Below are positions 12,583-26,500 of a stretch of DNA of 64,000 nucleotides, piece by piece. Under the pieces are notes generated by a model. That model saw only the letters and a program-made list of their open reading frames with translations, searched no databases and was not told the DNA's origin. Within the stretch, counting starts at the first letter, position 1. Each line of letters opens with the position of its first letter. The position numbers and the translations under genes were made by a program. Origin of the DNA: Tubiluchus corallicola (taxonomy: Eukaryota; Animalia; Priapulida); contig JAQGDQ010000257.1 in the NCBI GenBank assembly GCA_030141605.1, forward strand, positions 1-64,000, given 5' to 3'.

Positions 12583-15500
12583 CAAATGGAAAGGTGACTG
12601 CTAAGAAAACTGATTCTGGGCCGTTTTCATTTGCCTAACTGTTTCAGCCTTTTCACTGATGACGGACGGCACATACATTGCAACGTGATTGAGATATGTA
12701 TACTGACGTAAAAGCGCATTTTAATATTAAGCGGTCTTGCTTGTCCCTCCACATGGCAATAAAAAGGCTTTATTATTTCTGTGAAAGGTGGAAACATTGG
12801 AATTAACAAAATACTTTTGAAGCACATTTTGTTATTGAAGTTGGTACTTTGGGGAGAATTAGTTCTCTGAAAAGATGTTCCAGGCATTGCATTATGCTTA
12901 CTCTGTTATTGCTTGCCAAACAAAGATATCGTATATGAAGTCTTTTTAAATCTCATGGCAAACTGCTTATAAAAGTAAATGCGACATTATAACATGCAAG
13001 CATTTGCAGACTTGTCAATCCATATGTTACAAGTACAGTTCTGATACAATGCAACAAACCATGGCGTGGTTAGGAGCCTCTTAAAGATTCCAGTCTAATT
13101 ACATGAGACAATAAATAACTCAACGAAACATTCATAAATAGCAATACTCACTTTTATAACATAATTTTATTCAAATATCAAAACAAAATGTACAATGTTC
13201 ACTGAATACAACACAAGTGATATTACTAACATTATTGTCTGCTTCTAAGTAATTAAAAAAGGAAAAACTGCATTGCACTTTAGTAATATTGTCATACACA
13301 AGAGCCCTGATAAATTCAGAACAAAAACCTTTCTGAATCACAGATCGAAAGTAATAAACCACAAAAGAAGGCTATACAACTCTCACGTACATGATAATGA
13401 TGTTTCAATATTGGTATTCTGAAGGATTCATCTGCTATGACTCTACATAAGCAGTCTGTTACACATTTGAACGACAGACAAAACAATAGACACAAAATTT
13501 TCAGGAATCCAACACGCATTTTGAGCATAGTTATATGCTGCCGTTTAGTCATGCTGAAATGTAGTGGATGACTGCGCTCTTGCTTGCTGTGAAGTTTGAA
13601 CATCTCCAGATACAATAAAACACGACTTGTTTATTAAGAACTCAATGCATGAAAGTGGTTTTACCCAGAAACTTTGAAAAATAAATAACGAGAAACATGA
13701 TTCGCAATTATGCCTAAAATAGAACACAACATTAAACATGATGCAGACTTTTAAAAAGAAACTTTCAGATATAATTTGTATAGGTAACAGCAACAACTAC
13801 GGAAATGGCAATCATCCACATCACTAATAATTCAGGGCATCCGTATGTAAATGCCATGCACAAGGAATGAATTTTATACAGAAAGACTTTTGTCACCAAT
13901 TATGCATTACTCTACACTTTAGCACAGCACATATACACCTTGTATTGTAGCAGTACTAACTACTTAATATTATTACTGTATTTAAAACTTTGTTAAAATT
14001 CCATTGCACTGATAATACAACACGTAAATTTGACAAAGCTACTGCTGTACATCGTTTTCAACTGAATTATTTACACTATGTTTATTACTATAATTTTAAT
14101 GATATGTTTTTGCTAGTAACCACTCTACTCAGTTATTCATAGCAGATATGAAAATTTTAATGACGTTACTTCAGCAACTATGGGTCAAGTTGGTGATCCT
14201 ACAGTATTTAGTGCATTGTAAAGTTTCCACGATAAAAATAAAATAACAAAAGAGCATAAATTAATTAAAAACTTTTATCGAGTTAAAAATAGCTGTATCT
14301 CATAAAACTGATTTCTACAACAAAATAATTATTATTTACTAGGCCTACAGAAAATATAAGCTGCTTGATTTAATCTATATTTTACACCAAGCTACAACTA
14401 AAAGCATTCAAGTATTTAATAAAAATGGCGTTAATGTATATCATATATTTTTACATATATACAAACAAGCATTTTACACAAAACTTGCAATGGCATATAA
14501 TCATCGTCTAAGTAACTGAACGTAATCATACAGTTCTAATCAGTTGAGAACTCTGAGATTACAACGTGACCAGACATACATTCTAGTACATGATTTTACA
14601 TGATACAATGTTTTTCTAAAAACAGATACCAAGAATTAGAATCATCATCTTCCATACGTAATCAATTTTACTATCAAGTTTCTTTAATTTTTATTCCTGG
14701 AAAAATTAAAATGAGAGTTTTGCAACTATTGCACTCAATAATAAAAAATTATAAACACATCTGCCATTACCACATAAACAAAGACCTGCACGTTGCATTT
14801 CTGAAGAAAATTATCACGATCTTTTCACGAATTTGCAACTTTTTGCATTAGCAACCATTACCTGTAATATTCTTCACAAAATAATTTTCTGGAAAAAGCT
14901 TTGTTTTATACAATTTATTCTCAAATCTAGTCAGATATCTTTAATTGCATTTTAACTGAGGGTTCTTGTATCAAGTTTTACCCAATAAATAAATAATTAG
15001 GTGAATGTTAAATAAACCTATAGTAATAATTATTTCAAAGCTATAATTACACATGGATTAGAGTAGTAAAATAAAAGGACTTTGTTTGACTGTACAAGCC
15101 ATGCGATTACTGATAGGTTTTTCCCCGACTTAACAGATTAACTCATAATAGAAATTAACGTAAGAACATCCAAGAAAACACAGTGAATGTGATTTGAAGA
15201 GGTTTGAGAATAAACTATATTCAACAGTGTCATTTGTGCAGGACGACTTTACTGAGGCACTGCACAAATGATGTGGTCCAAACAAGATGCTTCATAACTA
15301 CAATATCATTCAAAGTCTTAATTGCAATGCAGTAAATAGTACAACTAACTAATTGCAGTTTTGTATCTTTATATGATGTCACGTGCTGTCATATATATAT
15401 ATATACTGTCATCATCATCATCATCATCATCATCACCGACTCAAAAACTCATGAAAAATAGCGATTCTGCCACATATGTGAAGCACCACAAAGGAGGCAA

Positions 15501-15666
15501 CAGTACAATAAGAGCTTATAATATCATGAGTGAAACCCCAAATGGCTGGCTAATGGAAAACATACAAAATGTGGCTGTAAATGACATTTCTGTCCATCGG
15601 TGCAATCCAAACAGCTGAGGCACATGCCAATACTAGTAACAGTAAAGCGTTTCAATGCACTATGCT

Positions 15667-18600
15667 TTAGTCCACATTATCCTGAAAGATAAGTTTCTGC
15701 CAGCCAGGATCACCACAGAGAGGAGTGGCACAGAAAGGACAAGCTGCTCGGAAACCATGGCAACCGTGTGGTAACGGCACCGAAGCCCAATACCTAAAAA
15801 ACAATGTTTACAAGTTTAAACCGAAAATTTATAAATGACAGTTGCAAAAGTTTGTACAAAATGTTGCATGTGTAGCATTTCAGTCTGCTTACACAGCTCA
15901 CATGATGAACGGTTTAAACATCCGCTTTTAGGCTACTAACCTTTGCTTTTTGTAACATCTACTTTCACCTATTTCTAAGTAACTTATGAACACTGGCATG
16001 ATAACAGCAGCAAATGTTAGCTGCAGAATACAGCCACAACTGCATCGCATTGTCAACTAGTTACTACAATCACAACTGCATCGCATTGTCAACTACTTAC
16101 TACAATCACAACTGCATCGCATTGTCAACTACTTACTACAATCACAACTGTATCGCATTGTCAACTACTTACTACAATCACAACTGTATCGCATTGTCAA
16201 CTACTTACTACAATCACAACTGTATCGCATTGTCAACTACTTACTACAATCACAACTGTATTGCATTGTCAACTACTTACTACAATCACAACTGTATCGC
16301 ATTGTCAACTACTTACTACAGTTACAACTGTATCGCGTTGTTAATTACTTACTTACTACAATTACAACTGTATCGCATTGTCAACTACTTACTTACTACA
16401 ATCACAACTGTACCGCATTGTTAACTACTTACTTACTACAATGACAACTGTATCGCATTGTCAACTACTTAACTACAATTACAACTGTATCGCATTGTCA
16501 ACTACTTACTACAATCACAACTGTATTGCATTGTCAACTACTTACTACAATCACAACTGTACCGCATTGTCAACTACTTACTTACTACAATCACAACTGT
16601 ATCGCATTGTCAACTACTTACTACAATCACAACTGTATCGCATTGTCAACTACTTACTACAACCACAACTGTATCGCATTGTCAACTACTGACTACAATT
16701 ACAACTGTATCGCATTGTCAACTACTTACTTACTACAATCACAACTGTATCGCATTGTCAACTACTTACTACAATCACAACTGCATCGCATTGTCAACTA
16801 CTTACTACAATCACAACTGTATCGCATTGTCAACTACTTACTACAATCACAACTGTATCGCATTGTCAACTACTTACTACAATCACAACTGTATCGCATT
16901 GTCAACTACTTACTACAATCACAACTGTATCGCATTGTCAACTACTTACTTACTACAATCACAACTGTATCGCATTGTCAACTACTTACTACAATTACAA
17001 CTGTATCGCATTGTCAACTACTTACTACAATCACAACTGTATCGCATTGTCAACTACTTACTACAATCACAACTGTATCGCATTGTCAACTACTTACTAC
17101 AATCACAACTGCATCGCATTGTCAACTACTTACTACAATCACAACTGTATCGCATTGTCAACTACTTACTACAATCACAACTGTATCGCATTGTCAACTA
17201 CTTACTACAATCACAACTGTATCGCATTGTCAACTACTTACTACAATCACAACTGTATCGCATTGTCAACTACTTACTACAATCACAACTGTATCGCATT
17301 GTCAACTACTTACTACAATCACAACTGTATCGCATTGTCAACTACTTACTACAATCACAACTGTATCGCATTGTCAACTACTTACTACAATCACAACTGT
17401 ATCGCATTGTCAACTACTTACTACAATCACAACTGTATCGCATTGTCAACTACTTACTACAATCACAACTGTATCGCATTGTCAACTACTTACTACAATC
17501 ACAACTGTATCGCATTGTCAACTACTTACTACAATCACAACTGTATCGCATTGTCAACTACTTACTACAATCACAACTGTATCGCATTGTCAACTACTTA
17601 CTACAATCACAACTGTATCGCATTGTCAACTACTTACTACAATCACAACTGTATCGCATTGTCAACTACTTACTACAATCACAACTGTATCGCATTGTCA
17701 ACTACTTACTACAATCACAACTGTATCGCATTGTCAACTACTTACTACAATCACAACTGTATCGCATTGTCAACTACTTACTACAATTACAACTGTATCG
17801 CATTTTTAACTACTTACTTACTATATCACAACTGTATCGCATTGTCAACAACTTACTACAATTACAACTGTATTGCATTGTCAACTACTTACTACAATCA
17901 CAACTGTATCGATCTGTCTATTACTTACTTACTACAATCACAACTGTATTGCATTGTCAGCTACTTACTACAACCGCAACTGCATCGAATTGTCAACTAC
18001 TTACTACAATCACAACTGTATCGCATTGTCAACTACTTGCTTACTACAACCACAACTGTATCGCATTGTCAGCTACTTACTTGCTACAATCACAACTGTA
18101 TTGCGTTGTTAACTACTTACTTACTACAACCACGACTGTATCTTGGTGTCAACTATTTACTTACTACAACCACAACTGTATCGCATTGTCAGCTACTTAC
18201 TTACTAACCACTTCGTGATTACAAAAAAAATATAGAAAAAAATTGAAAATTTAAGATGCGTTCCTGTAAAATTATTCAGTTTTTCTATACTTTAATATTT
18301 ACATAAAAATAATGCACAGACTGAAAACTACAAGCTGGTTGTCCTATACAAACAGCTTACAAATACTTTCACTTTGCCCAAAAGTCTCCAATTGCTTCAG
18401 GCCTAAATTAATAAAACTTCAAGGCTTTGTATGATAATGTCACTCTATGTCATAATACACAAGAAACAGTGATAATATAGTGACCTCAGTAAAACTAAGA
18501 TCAAAAGCAAAGCAACAGTATGAATGACTATGATATAATTCTTACTTTAATGTTCTCTCGGATGACATGTGACCACATGGATTGTAGCAATGCGTCGGCA

Positions 18601-21600
18601 ATTCAAAGTCAACATAAAATGCTGGTTCAATTCCCATCTTCAGCTGTACAACTGGACCAATCTAAAATGGAAGTTTTATATTATACCCACAACCAATATA
18701 TTTGCAAATTATTATCACAAACAACAGACATCTAAAGTTCACCATTCTGCCCGTTTTCAGTTACTGTCAAATACTTACTTTATGAGCTGCTGCCTTCAGT
18801 TAAAAATGCTCATAATTAAATTTTTTTACTAAACTGACTTGTACAGTGTATTTTAAATAAAACTATTCCAAATGTCTCAACCCTGTCACAACTGTTATGA
18901 AGACAAAAGCAAAAGAAAAAAAGGAAAAAAAGTCTTCCAACTTCTGTCTTTCCTGTTGAAACATTTTAGTAACAGTCATAATGACACCAACTGCAATCAA
19001 AAACTTTATAATTATATTTTTTACTTTGGGTAAATTTATTTTTCAATTAAACTTTCGGAATTATAGAGATACATTTTTATTTCGTGCAAAGTTGCCAAAT
19101 ACCTGCTGAAGTAATGAAAAGAGGGGGGGGGGACAAGCACAATCTTATTCCTAGTACAAAATGAAAAAATGTTCTTACAGTTTGACACATTGGACACCGA
19201 CGCTTCGAATCGTCCTCTTTTCCCCATTCATGCGATCCTTGCACATGTCCACAACTCAGGTAAACATACGGCTGCTTGTCCGACTCTGTCAGCGTACTCT
19301 TTTTGGGTATGACTAGCGTGTTTAGGCCAACAGGACATTGGGGGCGTCCAGCATTTATTAGCTCTACTGACCGCTCTAGGTCTTTCTTTGTCTAAAAATA
19401 AGTTCTTAAGGCTTAAACTTACTAACAACAAAGCAATAGAGCTCAATAATTTTAAGTTGTTACTGAATTGTTAAACTACAAAACAAACATTGTTCCACAA
19501 AGCTTTTCCAAAACACAAACATGTCGTGATATTGCAAAACACCTAATTCATGTCCTCGGAATGCAGTTGTTAAATATATACATTATCAGGTATAATTAGA
19601 GGCTGAAGCTGAGTCACTTGCTACTACATCAGCTGACTCACACAGTAAATCAGCTAGGCTGAAGTTGACCAACTTTTCAGCTGAGTTGACTTATAAAAAA
19701 ATCAGCTGAGTCAGCCAAAGCTGCAAATTTTTCTTAACTAAAGAAATACTAATTTATTAATTATGGAGGCAAATTTTCTAAATAATTCATGTTGATTAAA
19801 TACAGAGAAAAGCTGATGTCCAAATTCAAATAATACATTATAGATCAATTTTTTATTATTATAAAAAAAGCAATGGATTTATTGCACATATGATTTGAAT
19901 CCAACTCTTGGCAAGGCTTATCTTGATTACAAAGAATCAATACCAAAACGATCCATTACGTGTGACTTACGTTACCTATTCAAAAATTTCTGAAGTTTAG
20001 AATATCTGCCAGCACACCCACAATCTGACTGCTAATCCTCAATGTATTTGCCATTGTCAACCAGTTATTTGCAGTGTCACGTGATTATCGCAAGACCGAA
20101 TATCTTCGCAGCCGGCAAAAATCTCACCCAGCTTGACTCCCATCAGTGAGCGGCTGGCTCGACTAAAGCTGGGTTTCTTATCAGCTAGGTCGACTGTAGA
20201 AATAATCTGGTTGGAGCTCAGCTGAAACGGTGTGGCTCTGGGCTCTAGGTATAATTCATAGCTAATAATTTCATACAGGATTAAGCAATAACTCAATAGA
20301 AAATTCAACTTACTGGTGAAAGACTAAGGCTAGCAGCAGATCGCCATAGTAACGTTGCTCCGCAGAGGTCTATCAGTGAGCCATCTTGCAAAATATTGCT
20401 CGTTTCTTCCACCTATGGTATGAAGTTAAAAAAACAGTGCACGACAATTGTACTTAATATTTAAGTTAAGAAACAATGAATTTGCCTAATATGAAAACTG
20501 AAAGGGTACCATATGCAGTTTTGAATACAAAGCAAAGACATTCACCTAATTTTATGATTTAAGAAGACTTTTTTACTTTTGGACATGTACAATATTAATT
20601 TTAATTCTTCTGACAGTCTGGAAGCGGAGAATAATACAAACAATAATTGCATACTATCAAAAATAGTAACTAGTCAGTATCCAACATTTGACTTTTAAAA
20701 TTTAACAAGAATATGATTTGGTCAAATGAAAATGTCATTCATGTGAGGAAACCTTGTCCTAATTGCAAAAAAAATACGTGAATAAAATTTCCTGACCCGA
20801 TATGTTCCCCATTATTCTATTCAAACAAACTTTATTCATGTGTGACATCACATTTTTCATTTTAACAATTAATGTGGCTTTCATACATAAAAGATACAAA
20901 CATGAGTTTGCTTATTTCGGCACGAGAAGTTAAACGAAACTTTGTTACTACGACACCATAGACGTGGAAGTCATTGGGTGTTAGACTAAGTGTACTGATT
21001 TGCAGACAGCCTTTACAAATTCAAAATACACAAAGCTTACCAAATCTCCACGTTGAGCAGATGACCTCGAGTCTCTGAGCGCATAGACATGTCCACCAAC
21101 AGACACTTCGTGCCATATTCCTGGCTCTGTAACCCCATTAAAGAACCGGCCTTTTGGGTGCATGAGAAGAATGCCATTTGTCGTAAGACCATCAATTTCC
21201 TTTCCTTCGTTCTGCCACTTAGTGGCTTTTTCCTAAGAAAATTAAATATGGTATTAAAATATGAAAAAATGGAAGCAGTTCTGATGTGAAAACTCACGCT
21301 GAACAGTAAAATTAATCATTTTAATTATTTCAGAACATTTTCAAGTGCTCCAACTTGTTCAAAACTGCGAAAGAATCGAATAAAATACAAAAATGTTTTC
21401 TAAACATTCTGACCAAGCTATGAGGCTACTTTCATAAACAAATTCATGTCAATAATTAATTGCACTTTTAAAATTTTTTGACTGCCACATGTAAACACAG
21501 GCTCTGCAAACAGCCCTAAACCACAACCGCATATTAATTCGAGGTAGCATCAAAGAATTTTGCACTTGAGTCTACATCGTCAACAACATACTTACGCCAA

Positions 21601-24173
21601 GGAATATATTGCGAGACGAGTCAAACCCAGCAGCATAGACGCGAGCCGTGTACGGAGGGCTCCTATCACACATTATTCGACAAGCAAATCTGCTTATTGT
21701 GCTTTGAGTTATCACATTTTCACCTTGACGATCTCCGGGAATGGTGTCCATTACCACGAAGTCTATAGGACTCTCAGACGATCGACCAATCTACAAAGTG
21801 AATTAGTTATGAAAAAACTGAGTTACGTAATGTTGCCCTTACAAAGTGGCAGCTCGTGTATAGGTACTGTGGAACTGCAGCATCCCCTATTTTTACTCAA
21901 TATTATCGATAATATTCAATATAAATCTTTTTCTTTAATTCTTTCTTTATACTTATACAGTCCAGAGCACGTGAGGGTAGTACCGTTCGTTTCACAGCTC
22001 AAGCAACGTGGCATTAGGCTGTTGTGCGCATGCGGCCATGCACACATATCTAAGATAAGATGCTGCACTTTAGGTAGAAAGAGTACTGTCGTTCACGCAG
22101 TGTATGTTGTCAGTTGTCACATGCTTAAAAGCCGTGTACCGGTATATTATTCAACTGCGACAATTTGGGCTATTCGTAAGCAAACAATATTTTTTGCTTA
22201 GAATTTTATCAAGTTTATGCATAAGATTTCATGTCTGTTTGTTTCAAATTACGCATGCTTGTTTCGTTTTGCACAATACTGTATTAAAACAATAGCTAAA
22301 AATTTTCTGAAGAAGCACCCCCACTAATTTTAACTACGAGTCGCCAATGAACTTACTTTCACTTCAGAAAAGCAAAACTGTATGAAAAACTGAAAACTAC
22401 ATAATGATGACATGCGCTGTTTCAGTTTTTAGCAACGCAAATGAACTGTAAAGTTTCCTGCACAAAAGAAAACCAGAAAATAAGCATGATGACAAAGCGG
22501 TTGATATCTTCGCAATCAAGACAGTACACTAGGCAGCATAATTTCTGCATCAAAATTAAACATCTTTCGTAAAGATTTTACCTGATCGTTCAAGAACCTA
22601 AACTTCTTTTTCTAAACTTAATCAAAAGGCATAATAGCCAGTGAAAAAGTTGCCAAGCCTGTCTCGGAATAAAATATTGTCTCCCCGCAATATCATTACT
22701 CCGGCTGAGACTGCCTGTGGTACAGATTTAAAAACACAGCATGATCTTTGTTAAATAGCAAACAGTGTGTTAATCTTACTTTTCGCCCTGTGTCACATCA
22801 ACAAACTAACACTTGCATTCAAAAAATAATCAATATGAACAAAATACCTGAAACATATCTGTTTCTTCATCTGATGTATATTCTACAATTACCGCTCTAT
22901 CTCTGTTTAGCGTGTAAGAAACTGAATACTGTTTAGCGTCCATCACAGCCTGCAAAGAATATCCAAAATGAACATAGCAGGCATGGAAGTTAATATCAGA
23001 TTTTGTTGCATATTAAAAGATGCTCTGCCTTCAAATAATTTCAACTACTGACGTTGTAATAAGTAAAAAATAGTACTATTAGGCCCGTGTCACACAGAAA
23101 AAGCCATAAGGAGCAAGCCATAATCCATAAGGTGTCTTCCACCTTCCGTAAGGTGCATGTCGTAATCCCTGGCATGCGCCTTGCTCTGTGTGACTAGCAA
23201 GGCATTTTGTCACAGTCTGTCTGTATGGCAGGAGGCATGAAGCTACCATGTTTTAATATAATAGATACCGTAGTTTAACAGTTAATGTAATTTTACTCAT
23301 TATGGAATAACAGATTGTCATTCGCATAATATGAGTGACCGATATGCTGCCTCGTGCATGTAGTAATATGGCAGCCGTAAATAGGGGCTGTGAATTAAAA
23401 TGTTTTTTAATGTTTATAGTACATTGATGTTATGAATTCTTATGATATAAATGAATTTTGTATCGAATAAAGCTTAATTACACTAATTTTCACATTAGCG
23501 ATAAGCAAAAATGGTTTATGGTACATGAAATTCGCCAAGAGGTGCCTTATGAGCAGCTCAAAACAGCTTGCAAGAAGCCTACCACAGATTATGGCAGGCG
23601 GCTTACGGTAGACGGTACCTTTGTGACAGAAACCATTCTTTAGCATACATTCATTTTTCGTGAGGCAGCTTATTTTCCTCATGGCTTACACATTATGGAT
23701 TATGTCCAGCCCTGTCTGACATGGGCCTTAAAATTTAAAACACCCAGACAATCATACCTGTGAATTTTGTGGCTTTTGTACAGGGTGGTGCACGGATGGT
23801 TTTACTCCGTTGGCAATTTTCCTTTTATACAAAATAAACTTGCTTCGGCGGCGCCCCTTGTCACCGTGCGGTAGTACACCATTGTACCTATACAAATCAA
23901 CACTGATTCAATTATTCATCAAATAATGCAGCTTTGTAATTAGAAACAGTATTCTGACATCACAAGTAAGTTCCACAATTCACAAGTTCCACAATTCAAA
24001 ACTAAGTATTTCACGCAAGTGTACGTGCGTATAATCTAATAATGTCACCCTGAAGTGATATTCAAAAATGTAATTTTTGTAAATATTTAAATGAGTGAGC
24101 CAGTGGGCTAAACAACACTGGACTAGCTTAGTAAGTGGATGAATGAGGGTCAAAAGTTGCCCCAGTTTGGTTT

Positions 24174-24247
<74 letters not shown>

Positions 24248-26138
24248 TTTCGTTTAGGACACAATCCAAGGATAACAACTTAAGTAAATCAATACTTATT
24301 TCCCAGGTGGTCCCGATCATTATTACCCGCACGTTACTTAGATGAACCTGATTGCTTGGTCGAAGAACCAGCGGTAGCATTTTTCAAGTCTTTGGTGTAA
24401 CTCGGTGGAGAGTTGAACTCACGACCTCCCGGGTGGTAAGCGAGCACGCTACCACCGAGCTACGCCACCCGGTTTTGTTTTCCAGCTATTCAACTTGCTG
24501 TGGGAGAACAGAGTACATGGTACTAGTGCATACACACACACACATCTCAATATCTGACTAGGAGACTAGCCCAGGACAAGTCTACCAATTCTAGTATCTG
24601 GATGTAAATGATTATAAGGTAGGTAGATGATGGTCCTGCCACAACCACCAGGACCATAACCTAAGGTCTTGACACTGTGCTGAATATGTTTTTATATGTA
24701 TCTGCAGTGTGTTATTCAGTGTGAAACTGCTTTAAAAATCAAAAGATACTTGAAAATCGACATAGAGATATTTCATGTACGATATCAATCATATATACAT
24801 ACCCTAACACTATAAGCTCTCCATACTTCACAGTACCTGAATCTTTAGGAGTTTGGAAAGGATTCTGCCTGCTTATTTCAGCTTTTGGACTCGTTACCTG
24901 TAAAATAAAAACAAATGCAACTTACACAATAGTAATGTTGTAATTGGTGGTGGCCTACCTAAATAGAAGATACTAAGTTTATTAACTTGGGCACGAATCA
25001 ATCATATAGACTTATGTGGACTAGCAGTCAGAGCAGTGAATTATTAATCCAAAGTTCCCTGGTTTGAATGAAGCTCAGTCCAACCTTTCAGATTATTTTT
25101 CTTTTGGTGAAAATTAGCTTCAAGAATCTGATAATTGCATGCTCATTCCATCAACGACACAGAATGTTCATTAAAGCACAAGAAAACCCTCCCCTTACAT
25201 AGAGCTTAAAAAATACGTCTTGCAATTATGCGTCACTTGCATACTGCGTTTTTGCATGGGGTTGGGTCGGCAGCAATGCTGTATAAAACTTGTAAATTTA
25301 AACTCCCACGATGGCCTTAGGTGCAGTTATTTTAATGGTAAGTTGTTTGATACAAGTTTAGATAACATTGGTGGTTTGAAAAAAGAATTAATCAGAGCAT
25401 TCATAGCACACATGTAAAATGTTAAACTACTGTATCTTGTCAATAAGATTAAAATGTGTTTTTAGGTAGTATGTGGCGCACCCTGGAGGGTGAGTCAGCG
25501 ACATTTTACCAACAGGCACGAACATTTTAACATAAGTCTTTCCAGCAGGTAAGCGAAATGCTAAGTAACATAGATGTTTTGAGACATAATTTAACATCGC
25601 CTTTTCTTCCCCTGATTTACGTTTGTGTAAGTGACGTCATGTAATGGCGCCGTTGCAAGAGTATTGCGGGAGATTTAAAATGAAAACAAATAAAAATTCC
25701 TTTTAACGCAAATAATACCATATATGCGTAAAATTGCTGTAAAGCAATATAATTTTTTAAGGTGATTTTTCTGAAGCCCACTTCAGGTACCTCTTTTCTT
25801 GTCCTTTAACATGAAAGTTTAATTACCGGTGGTGGGGACCGCGGTTCATGTTGCGGAATCAGAGCCAAGCCCTGCCTGGAGTTGTTTTCAGCAGCAATCC
25901 TGCGAAGTGGGATGCCATCAACTGAGCTCTGTCGCACCATCACAAGGGGTGCATTCTCCACGGAAACTTGACGAGTGGGAGGCGATTCCCTGGAAGCCTG
26001 ACGAGAAGGTGGCGCATCCGCAGAAGGCAATCGGTGTCGACCGTCCCACGGAATTTGTTCTGGAGAACTGCTCTGCCGACTGCTTGACGGTGGTTGTTGA
26101 GCTGAGTGCCTCCGAGGATGCTCCGGAGAGTCCCTCAT
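15667..26138 (-). CDS. PELI: Pellino E3 ubiquitin-protein ligase, ~526 aa, 10 coding exons
   Basis: Exons 25827-26138, 24803-24897 (KYGELIVLG), 23758-23887 (YNG.LP.GDKGRRRSKF), 22848-22949 (TDMFQ), 21596-21790 (IGRSSESPIDFVV..QSTISRFACRI), 21041-21232, 20314-20412 (LQDGSLIDLCGATLLWRS), 19179-19391 (RPQCPVGLNTL..CGHVQG..CPMC), 18546-18661 (PCGHM), 15667-15793 (CPFCA..LIFQD*). All introns are GT-AG and in phase. The start ATG is inferred. Confidence 0.95.
16030..18205. repeat. 36-bp tandem minisatellite (~60 units) in the last Pellino intron
   Basis: Unit ACTTACTACAATCACAACTGTATCGCATTGTCAACT, head-to-tail with no spacers. The core is homogeneous, the edges are diverged, and some units are 40 bp (+ACTT). 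Confidence 0.97.
19597..20247. mobile_element. hAT-like MITE with 8-bp TSD
   Basis: TSD GGTATAAT at 19589-19596 and 20248-20255. TAGAG...CTCTA termini and subterminal AGCTGA(G/C)TCA repeats. Confidence 0.75.
23082..23727. mobile_element. PIF/Harbinger-like MITE
   Basis: TIR GGCCCGTGTCACACAG / CTGTCTGACATGGGCC with a TTA target duplication. Confidence 0.8.
24174..24472 (-). mobile_element. tRNA-derived SINE with (ATT)n tail (central domain resembles MetaSINE type)
   Basis: Minus strand: A box TAGCTCGGTGG, B box GAGTTCAACTC, then CACCAAAGACTTGAAAAATGCTAC, ending in a long (ATT)n tail at 24174-24245. Confidence 0.8.
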
Positions 26139-26302
26139 GTTAACTTCTGATGTCACCTCCGTTCTGCTTGAAATTTCATTTGCATCATCTGATCCTCTGA
26201 AAAGGAATACCATAAATGATAATTGGGAATTAGGAGCAATAATGTTAAATTAATTATGTTAAAATGAAATGTCATCAAACTTGCATACAAAATGTCGAAA
26301 TG

Positions 26303-26425
26303 TGTGCAATTCATGCACACGAGCAAACATGCACACAATTCATGCACACGAGCACATGCAATTCATGCACACGAGCAAACATGCACGCAATTCATGCACA
26401 CGAGCAAACATGCACATGAGCAAAC
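26303..26425. repeat. Short minisatellite (~20-30-bp units)
   Basis: About 4 copies of CAATTCATGCACACGAGCAAACATGCA. Confidence 0.85.
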
Positions 26426-26500
26426 TCCTATTCGTCCGACTAAACTGTTATAATGCATACCTTGTAAAATAAATACCGATGGATGTAATGTGGAGTATAT

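Noticed and set aside
16030-18205. CRISPR array (36-bp repeat length)
   Set aside because: Units are head-to-tail with no unique spacers, there are no cas genes, and the context is a eukaryotic intron.
21560-22201. 213-aa + strand ORF
   Set aside because: It is antisense to a Pellino exon and runs into intron sequence, with no recognisable motif.
24400-24472. Functional tRNA gene
   Set aside because: No proper acceptor stem or terminator, and it continues into a SINE body and (ATT)n tail.
25010-25085. tRNA-like sequence
   Set aside because: A/B boxes are too degenerate. At most an old SINE head.
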